64,000 bases of DNA from an uncultured Chloroflexia bacterium. GTDB taxonomy: Bacteria > Chloroflexota > Chloroflexia > Thermomicrobiales > UBA6265. The position numbers and the translations under genes were made by a program. The DNA lies in assembly GCA_963724295.1 (NCBI GenBank), contig CAVRUC010000007.1, positions 672,001 to 736,000 of the forward strand, read 5' to 3'. Shown here one piece after another: positions 8,764 through 18,294 of the stretch; position 1 is the first letter of the stretch, and every line of letters starts with the position of its first letter. The notes beneath the pieces are model-generated. The model was given only the letters and a program-made list of their open reading frames with translations. It ran no database searches and was not told where the DNA came from.

Positions 8764-10344
8764 CTAACCCTGCGCTCGGTACTCACCAAATTGAGAGCGC
8801 AAGGTGTCGACAACCTGGCCGAGCGTTGCCCCGGCGCGCAGCGCTTCTCGCATCGGCGGCAGCAGGTTTCCCCCGGAACTGACCGTCGCCGTCACCTCGG
8901 ACAGGGTCCGGGCGACGGCAGTTCGGTCTTGAGCGGACTTGTGGTCCCGCACGCGCTCCACCTGCCGGCGCACCGCGCCCTCGTCGATCACCTGCAAGGG
9001 AACGTCGACGCTCTCCTCTTCGGCGTAGCGATTGACTCCGACGACGATCTCGTCGCCGCGTTCGCGGCCGATCTCGCGCCGGAAGGCGTTTTCGGCAATC
9101 GCATTCTGCACGAATCCGTTTTCGATCGCGACGACCGCGCCGCCGCGCTCCTCGACCTGGCGCAGCCACTCGCATGCCCGCTCTTCGACCTCGTCGGTCA
9201 GGCGCTCGACGAAATACGAACCAGCGAGCGGGTCAGCGGTGCGGGGAACCCCCGTCTCGTCCGCCAGGATCTGTTGCGTCCGCAGCGCGAGCGTCGCCGC
9301 GTCCTGGGTCGGCAGTCCCAGCGCTTCGTCGTACGAGTTCGTGTGCAGACTCTGGGTGCCACCCAGTACCGCGGACAGCGCCTGATAGGCCACGCGCACG
9401 ACGTTGTTCAGTGGCTGCTGCGCGGTCAGCGTGACGCCCCCGGTCTGGGTATGGAAGCGCACCATCTCCGATCGCGGATCCCGCGGCGCATAGCGCTCGC
9501 GCATGAGCCGAGCCCAGAGACGGCGCGCGGCGCGAAACTTGGCGACCTCTTCGAAGAGATCGGAATGAGCGGAGAAGAAAAAGCTCATTCGCGGCGCGAC
9601 CTGATCGATGCTCAGTCCCGCGCCAAGCGCCGCCTCGATGTATGCCAGCCCGTTGGCGACGGTGAAGGCTATCTCCTGGGCAGCAGAGGAACCCGCCTCG
9701 CGCATGTGGTAGCCCGAAACGGAGATCGTATTCCACACCGGCAGTCGCTCCGCACAGTAGGCGAAGGTATCGGTCACCAACCGCATCGACGGGCGCGGCG
9801 GAAAGATGTAGGTACCACGCGCGGCATACTCCTTCAGGATGTCGTTCTGGATAGTCCCGCCCAGCGACGTCGGATCGACGCCCCGCTCCTCAGCCACGAT
9901 CTCGTACATCAGTAACAGCAGCGCGGCGGGGGCGTTGATCGTCATCGAGGTGGTGACGGCGCCCTGGTCGATGTTATCGAAGAGCCGGCGCATGTCGTCG
10001 ACGGTCGAGATCGGCACGCCGACGCGTCCGACCTCGCCCCAGGCGCGCTCGTCGTCCGAGTCGAGACCAAGCTGCGTCGGCAAGTCGAAGGCGACGCTCA
10101 GCCCGGTGGTTCCCCGCTCCAGCAGGAGTCGGTAGCGGGCGTTACTCTCCTCGACTGAAGAGAATCCGGCGTACTGGCGCATCGTCCATCGCCGGCCGCG
10201 GTACATCGTCGGATAGATGCCGCGGGTGTAGGGAAAACACCCCGGATCGGGTTCCGGCGCATCTCGATCGCTCTCCCGATAGACAGGAGCGATGGCGATC
10301 CCCGAGTCGGTCACGATCTCGTCGTTTACGGCAGCCATGCGCAT
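8764..10344 (-). CDS. Methylmalonyl-CoA mutase, substrate-binding large subunit with no B12-binding domain
   Basis: FPYTRGIYPTMYRGRRWTMRQYAGF, GLSVAFDLPTQ, GTIQNDILKEY and TQSLHTNSYDEAL. No DxHxxG domain. Confidence 0.9.
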   Translation of the reverse strand: MRMAAVNDEIVTDSGIAIAPVYRESDRDAPEPDPGCFPYTRGIYPTMYRGRRWTMRQYAGFSSVEESNARYRLLLERGTTGLSVAFDLPTQLGLDSDDERAWGEVGRVGVPISTVDDMRRLFDNIDQGAVTTSMTINAPAALLLLMYEIVAEERGVDPTSLGGTIQNDILKEYAARGTYIFPPRPSMRLVTDTFAYCAERLPVWNTISVSGYHMREAGSSAAQEIAFTVANGLAYIEAALGAGLSIDQVAPRMSFFFSAHSDLFEEVAKFRAARRLWARLMRERYAPRDPRSEMVRFHTQTGGVTLTAQQPLNNVVRVAYQALSAVLGGTQSLHTNSYDEALGLPTQDAATLALRTQQILADETGVPRTADPLAGSYFVERLTDEVEERACEWLRQVEERGGAVVAIENGFVQNAIAENAFRREIGRERGDEIVVGVNRYAEEESVDVPLQVIDEGAVRRQVERVRDHKSAQDRTAVARTLSEVTATVSSGGNLLPPMREALRAGATLGQVVDTLRSQFGEYRAQG

Positions 10345-10431
10345 GTCGCCTCGGGCGTTCGTGGTCAACAGGCCGCGGCAAGAGTGGTGCGGCCGGCCCT
10401 AGGCGACCGCCTCCGGAGCACGGACCAACCC

Positions 10432-10860
10432 CTACTCCTGGACAAGCTCCGTCAGCACCCCGGCGCACGATTCAGGATGGACAAAAGCGATCCGCCATCC
10501 GTGCGCGCCGACGCGAGGCGCCGCATCGATCAAGCGGATGCCCGCCGCCTGCAACGCAACCAGAGCGGCTCGCAGATCCGGCACGGCGTACGCGACATGA
10601 TGCACTCCCTCACCGCGCTTGGCCAGGTACCGCGCGATCGGACCCTCCGGATCTGTCGGGCGAATCAGTTCGATCCAGCCTGTTCCGGAGCGAACCGTCG
10701 CGACCTCGACCGCCTGCTCGACAAGCACAAACCGTTCGCCTCCGGAAAAACCGAGCGCTCGGTAACGCGCCAGTGCCTCATCGAGGTCGGCAACGACAAC
10801 CGCGACATGATGCAGCATGGGATTGATGTGCGGCGACAAGGTGAGATCGGGACTGGTCAC
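10432..10860 (-). CDS. mce: Methylmalonyl-CoA epimerase (VOC fold)
   Basis: HHVAVVV, IELIRP, RGEGVHHVAY and FVHPESCAGVLTELVQ. Adjacent to the mutase. Confidence 0.88.
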   Translation of the reverse strand: MTSPDLTLSPHINPMLHHVAVVVADLDEALARYRALGFSGGERFVLVEQAVEVATVRSGTGWIELIRPTDPEGPIARYLAKRGEGVHHVAYAVPDLRAALVALQAAGIRLIDAAPRVGAHGWRIAFVHPESCAGVLTELVQE

Positions 10861-13679
10861 TAGTCCGCGGCGATGGGAACGGATTGTCCGTAGTCCGGTG
10901 GCTCCGGGAAGGCCGCCGAGTCAGCAAGGACGGGGAGATCCGTCTGCATCGGGTCGGCGTCCTCACGCATCACCAGACCACGTTTGCGCCGGCCGGTCAT
11001 CTCGAAGTACGCGCGGAGCACGCGGTCGGCGACAGGAACCGCGTAGGCCGACCCTTCTCCGCCGTCCTCGACGATGACGGTAATAGCGATCTCCGGATCA
11101 TCGAACGGCGCGAAGCAGGTGAACCAGGCGTGCTGGCGATCGTACAGGCCATTTTCGTCGGCCTGACCGATTTCCGCTGTTCCGGTTTTGCCGCCGATGT
11201 AGATCTGCTCTTCGTTGTCCGGATTCGTCATCGGCCACTTGGTCTGCAGACCACCGGCGTGGCGAGCCGTGCCTGACGGACCGTGAACGACTCGGCGCAT
11301 GCCTTCGCGCGCGACCTCCAGATGGGCCTTGCCGATGCCGACTTCGCGCTGAACGGTCGGCTTGACGTCGACGCCCGCGGACGGTCGACCCTCAAATGCC
11401 TCACGCACGAGCCGCGGCTTGAGAATCTTGCCGCGATTGGCAAAGGCCGCGGTATTCAAGGCGAGCTGGAGTGGCGTCGTCAGGAAGAACCCCTGGCCGA
11501 TCGACACGTTGATGGTGTCTCCGACTGACCACCCTGTACCCTGGAAGGTGCGCGCTCGCCATTCGGCGTCCGGCACCACACCCGGGGCTTCGGTTGGCAG
11601 CTCGATGCCCGTCTGCTCACCAAACCAGAAGCGCTCGGTCAGGTTCTTCTTGATCAACTGGATGCCGAGTCCCTCGAAATAGTGCTTCTCGCCCAGCGTA
11701 TTTGCCGCAACATCCTTGTCCCGGTAGTGCAGATATTCGCTTTTGCTCTCGTCAATTGGTTGCCGGGGGGCGCCAACGTTGTAGAAAAACACGTCGCACG
11801 ACTGCTCGATCGCGTTGTAGACGTCGAGCGGCCCGTGCCCACCGAGCTTCCAGGACCAACACGGGTGGGTATTACCCTTGGACTCATCCCAGGCGAACGG
11901 CACCTGGATGGCGCCGGTGCAGGTGTAGGTCTTTTCCAGCGTGAGCTTGCCTTCGTGGAGCGCCGCCGCCGCCAGAAACGGTTTGATCGTGGAGCCCGCC
12001 GGATATTCGCCGCGCAGCGCCCGGTCCACCAGCGGTTTGTTGGCCTCCTCGCTGGCATATTCCAGGTATTTCCGCTGCGAGATGCCGTCGACGAAGAGCT
12101 GGTTGTCGTAATGCGGGAAGCTGACCATCGCCAGCACCTCGCCGGTCCGCGGATCGAGGGCGACAACCGCACCGGCGCCCGATTCCTGCTTCACCCGCCG
12201 CGTGGGGTCCGCGCGCTCGATTGCATGGCGATCGGCATTCGAGTATGCGATTCCGGCACGAAGAATCTCGCTCGCGGCGCGTTGCAGCTCGAGGTCGATC
12301 GTCAGCGCCACGTTCTTGCCGGGTTTGGGGTCGATCGTCGACCCCGGAACCACCCGCCACGACGAGCCGCTCGCGTCCATCTCGATGAGGCGACGACCGC
12401 GCTCACCGCGGAGTGTCGACTCCAGGTCGAGCTCTAAACCATCTTTGCCAATCGAGTCATTTGGGTCATAGACCGCGTATCCCAGCTCGTCCTGGTTGCG
12501 CGGGTTGTCGAGCTCGCGTTGGCTCACCTGGCCTACGTATCCGAGGATGTGCGACATCGCCTCCCCCCCCGGGTAGCGACGGATCAGCACGCCATCCTCG
12601 AGCTCGACGCCAGGCAGATAGAGCTTGTTCGCCTCCAGCTTGAGGGCCGTCTCCCGGGGCACACCCTTCTTGACGACGATCCGCTCCTGGTAGCGACCGT
12701 TCTCGACCATGTAATCGAGCTGGTTCATGACCTTGACACCCGGGACTTCGTTGAGATGGGCGCGACAGAGCGCCGCCTGGTCAGTCGTCAGGTCGTCTTC
12801 CAGGCGGACGAGGAAGTTCTGCGCCATCTCCGATTCGATGTAATCCGTCCAGGCTCGCAGCGCGTCTTCGCCGAGTGCCTTGACGACGCTGTCCATGGTG
12901 CTCTGGTCGCCCAGGGTGCCAATGGCGCGATCGACTCGCCCGGCAAGTCGGCTGTCCGACGACAGCAACACTGACTGCACGTTTCCAGATGACACAAACT
13001 TGGGAGGCACTGGCCAGTTGACGACCTCACCCGCAATGAGCCGGCCATCCGCTGAGATACGCGCGGAATCGGATTTCCGGGACGTTGCGTCTGGATAGAC
13101 GAAGACTTGAAGATCGTTGCCATTGACTCGCACGACCTGACCCGGAACCCTGAAGAAGGGATGCAAGACAGTCTGATCAGTTTGCTCGACAGTCAGCGTT
13201 TTCCCAAGAAGTTGGGCCGTGCGCACGTAAACGGTCTCCAGCGCGCCGGCGGGAACGTCACGGGGGTCGAGGATGAGCGCGTCCGGGAGGCTCAACGCGT
13301 TGATGATCTGGTCGAGCACGCCGCGTCGAGTGACGGGATCGACCGGGAGCTCCTGTGGCAGGAGGCGGACCTCCCATGTCTCCCGGTTGACGGCAAGTTC
13401 CCGGTGCTTGCGGTCGTAAACAATGCCTCGGGTTGGCTTCAGGGTCTCGTCCTCGGTGATGTTCCGGACCGCTTCGGACCGATAGTGCTCCCCTTCCAGG
13501 ACCTGCATGTACCCAAGCCGGCCGGCAAGAACGGAAAATGCCGCCGCAATCGCGCCCCGGCTGAGCAGCATGCGCCGCGTCATCCTCGCCTGCTCGGGTC
13601 GAGTTGGAGTCCCGGAGCGGCGTTTGCGGCCGGAACGAAGGTGTGGCGGATCGTAGGGAATGCGCTTGTTGCGACCCAT
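10860..13679 (-). CDS. mrdA: Class B penicillin-binding protein 2, enlarged (939 aa)
   Basis: N-terminal TM segment, PTRGIVYDR, GKDGLE, and transpeptidase motifs GSTIK (SxxK), SCD and KTG. Follows mreD. Confidence 0.9.
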   Translation of the reverse strand: MGRNKRIPYDPPHLRSGRKRRSGTPTRPEQARMTRRMLLSRGAIAAAFSVLAGRLGYMQVLEGEHYRSEAVRNITEDETLKPTRGIVYDRKHRELAVNRETWEVRLLPQELPVDPVTRRGVLDQIINALSLPDALILDPRDVPAGALETVYVRTAQLLGKTLTVEQTDQTVLHPFFRVPGQVVRVNGNDLQVFVYPDATSRKSDSARISADGRLIAGEVVNWPVPPKFVSSGNVQSVLLSSDSRLAGRVDRAIGTLGDQSTMDSVVKALGEDALRAWTDYIESEMAQNFLVRLEDDLTTDQAALCRAHLNEVPGVKVMNQLDYMVENGRYQERIVVKKGVPRETALKLEANKLYLPGVELEDGVLIRRYPGGEAMSHILGYVGQVSQRELDNPRNQDELGYAVYDPNDSIGKDGLELDLESTLRGERGRRLIEMDASGSSWRVVPGSTIDPKPGKNVALTIDLELQRAASEILRAGIAYSNADRHAIERADPTRRVKQESGAGAVVALDPRTGEVLAMVSFPHYDNQLFVDGISQRKYLEYASEEANKPLVDRALRGEYPAGSTIKPFLAAAALHEGKLTLEKTYTCTGAIQVPFAWDESKGNTHPCWSWKLGGHGPLDVYNAIEQSCDVFFYNVGAPRQPIDESKSEYLHYRDKDVAANTLGEKHYFEGLGIQLIKKNLTERFWFGEQTGIELPTEAPGVVPDAEWRARTFQGTGWSVGDTINVSIGQGFFLTTPLQLALNTAAFANRGKILKPRLVREAFEGRPSAGVDVKPTVQREVGIGKAHLEVAREGMRRVVHGPSGTARHAGGLQTKWPMTNPDNEEQIYIGGKTGTAEIGQADENGLYDRQHAWFTCFAPFDDPEIAITVIVEDGGEGSAYAVPVADRVLRAYFEMTGRRKRGLVMREDADPMQTDLPVLADSAAFPEPPDYGQSVPIAAD

Positions 13680-14170
13680 TACGTTCGCTCAGGTTCCATG
13701 CGCTGCAGCCACCCGATAAGCCCATACACCGGGGGCACCAGCAACGCATTCAAGAGCGCTTGCAATACCGTCACTCGCCCCAGCATTTGGGATACATCCC
13801 CACCTTCTCCGAGGAGCCCGCGCAATGCGAGCAACGTTCCGACATACAGAAACGTTGCCACAATGGCCAACACCATCGGAAAGACCAGCGCGCTGTGAAA
13901 GAAACGCCCCCTTGACAGGCCGCCGAGCAGCGCAACGGGGAGCAACGCGAGCGCGTTCGCGCCGAGCCGGTCCAGACCGAGAACGTCGAGCACAAAACCG
14001 GCGACCAACACCCATGCCAGTGCTTCCGGAATCCCGCGGTAGGCGCTCCACGCCAGGAGCAACACGACGACCAGGCCGGGGGTTACCGCCAGGAGCTGCC
14101 ACCGTGGAAGCAACGCGGTTTGCAGCAAGGCGGCAACGATCAGGAGCACTCCGAACAGGGGACGCGTCAC
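13679..14170 (-). CDS. mreD: Rod shape-determining protein MreD
   Basis: 163-aa multi-TM protein with LLQT..LP, GFVLDV..LG.NAL patterns. Overlaps the mrdA start by 1 bp. Confidence 0.75.
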   Translation of the reverse strand: MTRPLFGVLLIVAALLQTALLPRWQLLAVTPGLVVVLLLAWSAYRGIPEALAWVLVAGFVLDVLGLDRLGANALALLPVALLGGLSRGRFFHSALVFPMVLAIVATFLYVGTLLALRGLLGEGGDVSQMLGRVTVLQALLNALLVPPVYGLIGWLQRMEPERT

Positions 14171-14338
14171 GCGTCAGTCGCCCTCCCCACCTGCGGCAAC
14201 ACCATGCCCAGTGTCCCTCAACACCGAGCGGCCGCACTCACCGCGGATTCCTCCAGGCGGTCATTGCCATAATAGCAGAGCGCACCTCAACGTGGTGTAC
14301 GGACACCAGCGGGCGACGGCCCGGGGCCGGTGGCGAAC

Positions 14339-15619
14339 CTAGCGCAGCGCGGCTTCGATCAGGTCGGCGGCACGCCGGGAACCCCGCTCCCGGGAAACCT
14401 CCCGCGAGACCCGGAGCGCGGCCATACGCGGCATCGGGTCATCCATCATGCGGGACAGCTCGCGTGCGACGACACCCGCACGGTACCGCCCGCGCGAAAC
14501 GACGCGCGCCACGCCGAGGCGACTGGCCCGCCAGGCGTTATCAGCCTGGTCATGCCCATACGGCATGATGAGCATCGGCTTCCCGGCCAGCAATGTTTCC
14601 GACAAGGTCCCGATACCCCCTTGATGAACGATCGCGCGCGCGAATGGAAAGACGAGCTCATGCGGCGCATACGAAACGGTGATCGCGTCGGGTGAGATGT
14701 CTGCATCGCGCTCCCGATCGCCACGACCGACGAAGAAAATCGCCCGTTGTCCGAGTCGCTGGACGGCCGCGGCGCTCTCCTCGAAGAACGACCCGGGATC
14801 ATTGATCGCGGTCGTCCCCAGGGTGAACACGAGTGGTGGCTCGCCATGGTCCAGGAACCGGCGCAGCTTTGGTTCGAGCAATTGGCGCGGAGGCCGATAG
14901 TACGGGAACCCGGTTATGCGCGCCTGAGGTGGCCAATCGGGCTGCGGTTCACCAAGCACCCGTGGAAAGAGCCCGAGGGAGCGAACGGGAGAGTGCTGCC
15001 CTTCCCAGAGCGGGTGATCCTGCACCGGGGCCAAGCCGAGCTCAGCGCGCAGGTCGTGCCACTCGCCGGCCCAGGTATCGGTGAGCCGGCGCGCCAGCTT
15101 CAGCACGGGGCGGGCGGCCCCTGGTCCGAGCCGGCGGAGAACGTGCGAGATCGCGCGCGGTCCGATGAGCGGCGGCTCGTACGCGGAGAGATAGCCCATT
15201 GGCTGCATGACTGCCGAAATCCAGGGCAGACCGCGGCCCTCCGCGGCAAGCCGCGCGGCGCTTGCCAGCGTGTGGGCAACCACCACATCCGCTCCCTCTA
15301 CTGCGCTGAGCAGGTCTTCGAATGACTCCCGCAACGACGGCAGAAACATCGCGCGGAAGACGGCGGCCGGGGTTGCTCGATCGCGAATCACGCGATCCAG
15401 AAAATCGGGGTCCTGCTGGTCTGGCGACCGATCGGGCCGCACCGGGGCAAACTCAAGACCCGCGGCAGCAACGTGACCACGATAGAGCGCGCTGGTCGCC
15501 ACGACGGTCTGGTGACCACGAGCCCGCAGTTCGGCGCCAATGGCGAGGAATGGATAGAGATCCCCCGGGGAGCCGAACGTGGCAAGCACGATGCGTTTCG
15601 CCGGCGTGTCGCGTGCCAT
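14339..15619 (-). CDS. GT1-family (UGT-like) glycosyltransferase
   Basis: LATFGSPGDLYPFLAIG..L..RGH, FTLGT, YAPHELVFP, HQGGIGT and PYGHDQADNA. Confidence 0.88.
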   Translation of the reverse strand: MARDTPAKRIVLATFGSPGDLYPFLAIGAELRARGHQTVVATSALYRGHVAAAGLEFAPVRPDRSPDQQDPDFLDRVIRDRATPAAVFRAMFLPSLRESFEDLLSAVEGADVVVAHTLASAARLAAEGRGLPWISAVMQPMGYLSAYEPPLIGPRAISHVLRRLGPGAARPVLKLARRLTDTWAGEWHDLRAELGLAPVQDHPLWEGQHSPVRSLGLFPRVLGEPQPDWPPQARITGFPYYRPPRQLLEPKLRRFLDHGEPPLVFTLGTTAINDPGSFFEESAAAVQRLGQRAIFFVGRGDRERDADISPDAITVSYAPHELVFPFARAIVHQGGIGTLSETLLAGKPMLIMPYGHDQADNAWRASRLGVARVVSRGRYRAGVVARELSRMMDDPMPRMAALRVSREVSRERGSRRAADLIEAALR

Positions 15620-15808
15620 ACGCGGCAGGGTACCCGACCCCGACGACGCGGCGGTTCACGTGCCGGCCCCTGACTCGCGGTGCTGGCTGGCGGCAATGTC
15701 GCGCCAGCGGTGGAGTGGCGACGCTCCTGTGCCAGAATGACGCTGTCCAAATCGCGCCGCCCGCAGCGTGCGTCCGGCTAGCGCCACAACCCCGGAGTCG
15801 ACGATCCC

Positions 15809-17215
15809 GTGACAGACGCCAATGACGAGCTGAGCCGAGATGACCGGCAGCGAGCGGCCTCACTGTTCAAGGCCTACGACGTGCGCGGGATCGTGCCGCG
15901 GGAGCTGACCCCCGCCCTGGCCCGGGAAATCGGACGGGCGCTGGTAGCCACGATCCAGCCGGATACCGTCGTCGTTGGTCGCGATATGCGGGTCTCCAGC
16001 CCGCTCCTGGCGGCGGCGCTCATCGAAGGCATCCGGGATGCCGGCGCGGATGTGGTCGACGTCGGCATGGTCTCGACCGACGCCCTCTCATTCGCGATCG
16101 GCAAGTACGGCTATCCAGCCGGGGTGATGGTCACCGCATCACACAATCCCCCCGAGTACAACGGGTTCAAGATCGCGCGGGAGGAAGCGCGGGCGCTGTC
16201 GCTGGACGAAGGTCTCGACGAGATACGAGACCATGTCATCAACGACGATTTGCCCCCGATCAAGCCAGCAGCCGAGCGGGGCCGGCTAACTGAGCGGGAC
16301 ATCCTCGACGACTACACGTCCCACATGGTGAGCCTGATTGATCGTGACAAGCTGCGCCCACTACGCATCGCGATCGACGCCGGAAATGGCATGGCGGGCA
16401 TCACCGTGCCACGCGTCTTTCGCGATCTTCCGGTTCAGGTCACTCCAATGTATTTCGAGCCGGACGGCACATTTCCGAACCACCCGGCCAATCCCATCGA
16501 ACCAGAAAATATCGCCGAGCTGCGCAAGGTTGTTATCGAGAATGGGTACGACCTGGGCGCCGCGTTCGATGGTGACGCCGACCGGGTCTTTCTCGTCGAC
16601 GAGAAGGGCGATGCCGTCGGCGGCGATATCCTCACCTCGATGGTCGCGTCACGCATGCTCGAGCGCAACCCCGGCGCAGCGATCGTCTACAACCTCATCT
16701 CCTCCCGCGGCGTGCCTGAGACGATTGCCGCCCAGGGCGGGCGACCGATCCGGTCTCGTGTCGGTCACTCCTACATCAAGGAGACGATGCGGAAGGAAGA
16801 TGCCGTATTTGGCGGCGAGCATTCGGGGCACTTCTATTTTCGCGATAACTGGTACGCCGATAGCGGCATGGCCGCGCTGCTGTTTGCCCTGGAAGCGGTC
16901 TCTGAGGCCGACCGGCCACTTTCGGCGGTGATCGCGCCGCTGGATCATCGTTTTCGCTCCGGTGAGATCAACTCGGAAGTCGGGGACGCGGCGGCGGTGA
17001 TGCGCTCGATCGAGGAGCACTACCGGGCCGAAGGCGCTGAGATTGATCACCTTGATGGCGTGACGGTCAGCTTTCCAACCTGGTGGTTCAACGTCCGGGC
17101 TTCCAACACACAACCCCTGCTGCGCCTCAACGTCGAAGTCGACGAACGAGAAATGCTCGAGCAGAAGACCGCGGAGGTGCTCGCCATGATCCGCGGCACG
17201 GCAGACCACCAGTGA
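15809..17215 (+). CDS. Phosphomannomutase/phosphoglucomutase
   Basis: FKAYDVRG, TASHNP (phospho-Ser), FDGDADR, GEHSGH and VRASNTQPLLR. Confidence 0.92.
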   Translation: MTDANDELSRDDRQRAASLFKAYDVRGIVPRELTPALAREIGRALVATIQPDTVVVGRDMRVSSPLLAAALIEGIRDAGADVVDVGMVSTDALSFAIGKYGYPAGVMVTASHNPPEYNGFKIAREEARALSLDEGLDEIRDHVINDDLPPIKPAAERGRLTERDILDDYTSHMVSLIDRDKLRPLRIAIDAGNGMAGITVPRVFRDLPVQVTPMYFEPDGTFPNHPANPIEPENIAELRKVVIENGYDLGAAFDGDADRVFLVDEKGDAVGGDILTSMVASRMLERNPGAAIVYNLISSRGVPETIAAQGGRPIRSRVGHSYIKETMRKEDAVFGGEHSGHFYFRDNWYADSGMAALLFALEAVSEADRPLSAVIAPLDHRFRSGEINSEVGDAAAVMRSIEEHYRAEGAEIDHLDGVTVSFPTWWFNVRASNTQPLLRLNVEVDEREMLEQKTAEVLAMIRGTADHQ

Positions 17216-17988
17216 CAGATCGAGATGAGGAGCGGCGTCAGCTCCAAACCGTCAACTGGTCGGAGCTGCCCTCTGGAACCGTTTTGACCATCGTGAAATT
17301 GGCGCCCGATGGCTCAGAGGCGGCGCGATACCAAGGCGAGGTCGTCGGCCACCACCAGGACTCATGGCTTCTCGTCCAGGCGACCTGGACCAACCGCACG
17401 ATCGAGCTCGGAGGGCTCTCATTCTGCCCGGGTGACGAGATCCTGGAGTGGTTCTCACCTCGGCACGCGTTCAACGCGTTTGCCGTCTTCTCGATACACG
17501 ACGGCTTCGCGTTCAAGGGGTGGTACGCGAACGTAGCCTATCCGGCTCGGCTGGACGCCACCACGAATCCGCCGGTCCTGTTCTGGCACGATCTCTACCT
17601 CGACCTGGTGGGGTTGCCCGATGGATCGTTCACACTCCGCGACGAGGACGAGCTCCTCGCCTCCGGGCTGGCTGACGCCAACTCTGAATTGCACGCGCGC
17701 ATTCTCGAGGCCCGCTCGGAGCTGATCCGCCGGTTCCAACGTCGGCTTTCACCGTTCGCCGACATGTCCGCGATGACTCCTTCCCAGGTCCGTGACCAGC
17801 AAAATGTGCTCACGCGGGAATCGATGCATCCAAAACCGGTACGGTTTTCGTACACCCCCATTGACACACCCCCCCAACCGGTGGTAACTTGCTCGTGGGT
17901 CGCAGGAAGGATGACAGCTGCGGACCGGCTGACATTGCGGCTCAGGGTCGGGTTGAGTGGCCTTAGGTGGGCACAAGGGAGGGCATAA
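17212..17988 (+). CDS. DUF402-family protein; the true 3' end may be earlier (about 17780)
   Basis: GTGA overlap with the PMM stop. Motifs EWF...FN.F, GWYANVAYP, W.DLYLDLV and DEDEL. The tail runs through the next gene's promoter. Confidence 0.7.
   Translation: MTDRDEERRQLQTVNWSELPSGTVLTIVKLAPDGSEAARYQGEVVGHHQDSWLLVQATWTNRTIELGGLSFCPGDEILEWFSPRHAFNAFAVFSIHDGFAFKGWYANVAYPARLDATTNPPVLFWHDLYLDLVGLPDGSFTLRDEDELLASGLADANSELHARILEARSELIRRFQRRLSPFADMSAMTPSQVRDQQNVLTRESMHPKPVRFSYTPIDTPPQPVVTCSWVAGRMTAADRLTLRLRVGLSGLRWAQGRA
17832..17890 (+). promoter_or_regulatory. Sigma70-type promoter with an upstream palindromic site
   Basis: TTGACA at 17861-17866, an 18-bp spacer containing a C homopolymer, then TG-n-TAACTT (17885-17890). 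Perfect inverted repeat AAAACCG-gta-CGGTTTT at 17832-17848. Confidence 0.65.
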
Positions 17989-17992
17989 CATC

Positions 17993-18253
17993 ATGCAGTT
18001 CACGGATACCGCTTCTGCTGGTAACGGCGGCGTTGCTACCGCTTCCGCCAATGGCGGCGCGGTCGCAATCGGCGACGTCAACAGCGGCGGCAATGCCGGC
18101 AACGCCATCGGCGTTGGCGACACCTGGGGCGGCTCGGTCGGCGTCGATGGCGGCACCGTCGCCAACAGCACCCAGCTGAGCATCTCCGCCAATGGCGGCA
18201 CCGCGATCGCGGACGCCTCCGGTGGCGATTACAACCTCGCCTTCGTTAGCTAG
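17993..18253 (+). CDS. Small Gly/Ala/Asn-rich repeat protein (86 aa), function unknown
   Basis: Strong RBS AAGGGAGGG, its own promoter and terminator, repeated NGG/SGG/DGG turns, and GGC/AAC-dominated codons. Confidence 0.85.
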   Translation: MQFTDTASAGNGGVATASANGGAVAIGDVNSGGNAGNAIGVGDTWGGSVGVDGGTVANSTQLSISANGGTAIADASGGDYNLAFVS

Positions 18254-18294
18254 GGCGTTGCTGTTCGCGAGCTAAGCTCGCAAGCTGAATCAGA

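Noticed and set aside
14339..15619. Rhamnolipid synthesis gene rhlB
   Set aside because: Only GT1 family-level resemblance, no rhlA nearby, and the acceptor cannot be inferred.
17780..17988. Functional C-terminal extension of the DUF402 protein
   Set aside because: It lacks family signal and runs through a clear promoter and leader, so it is probably read-through from an indel or a lost stop.
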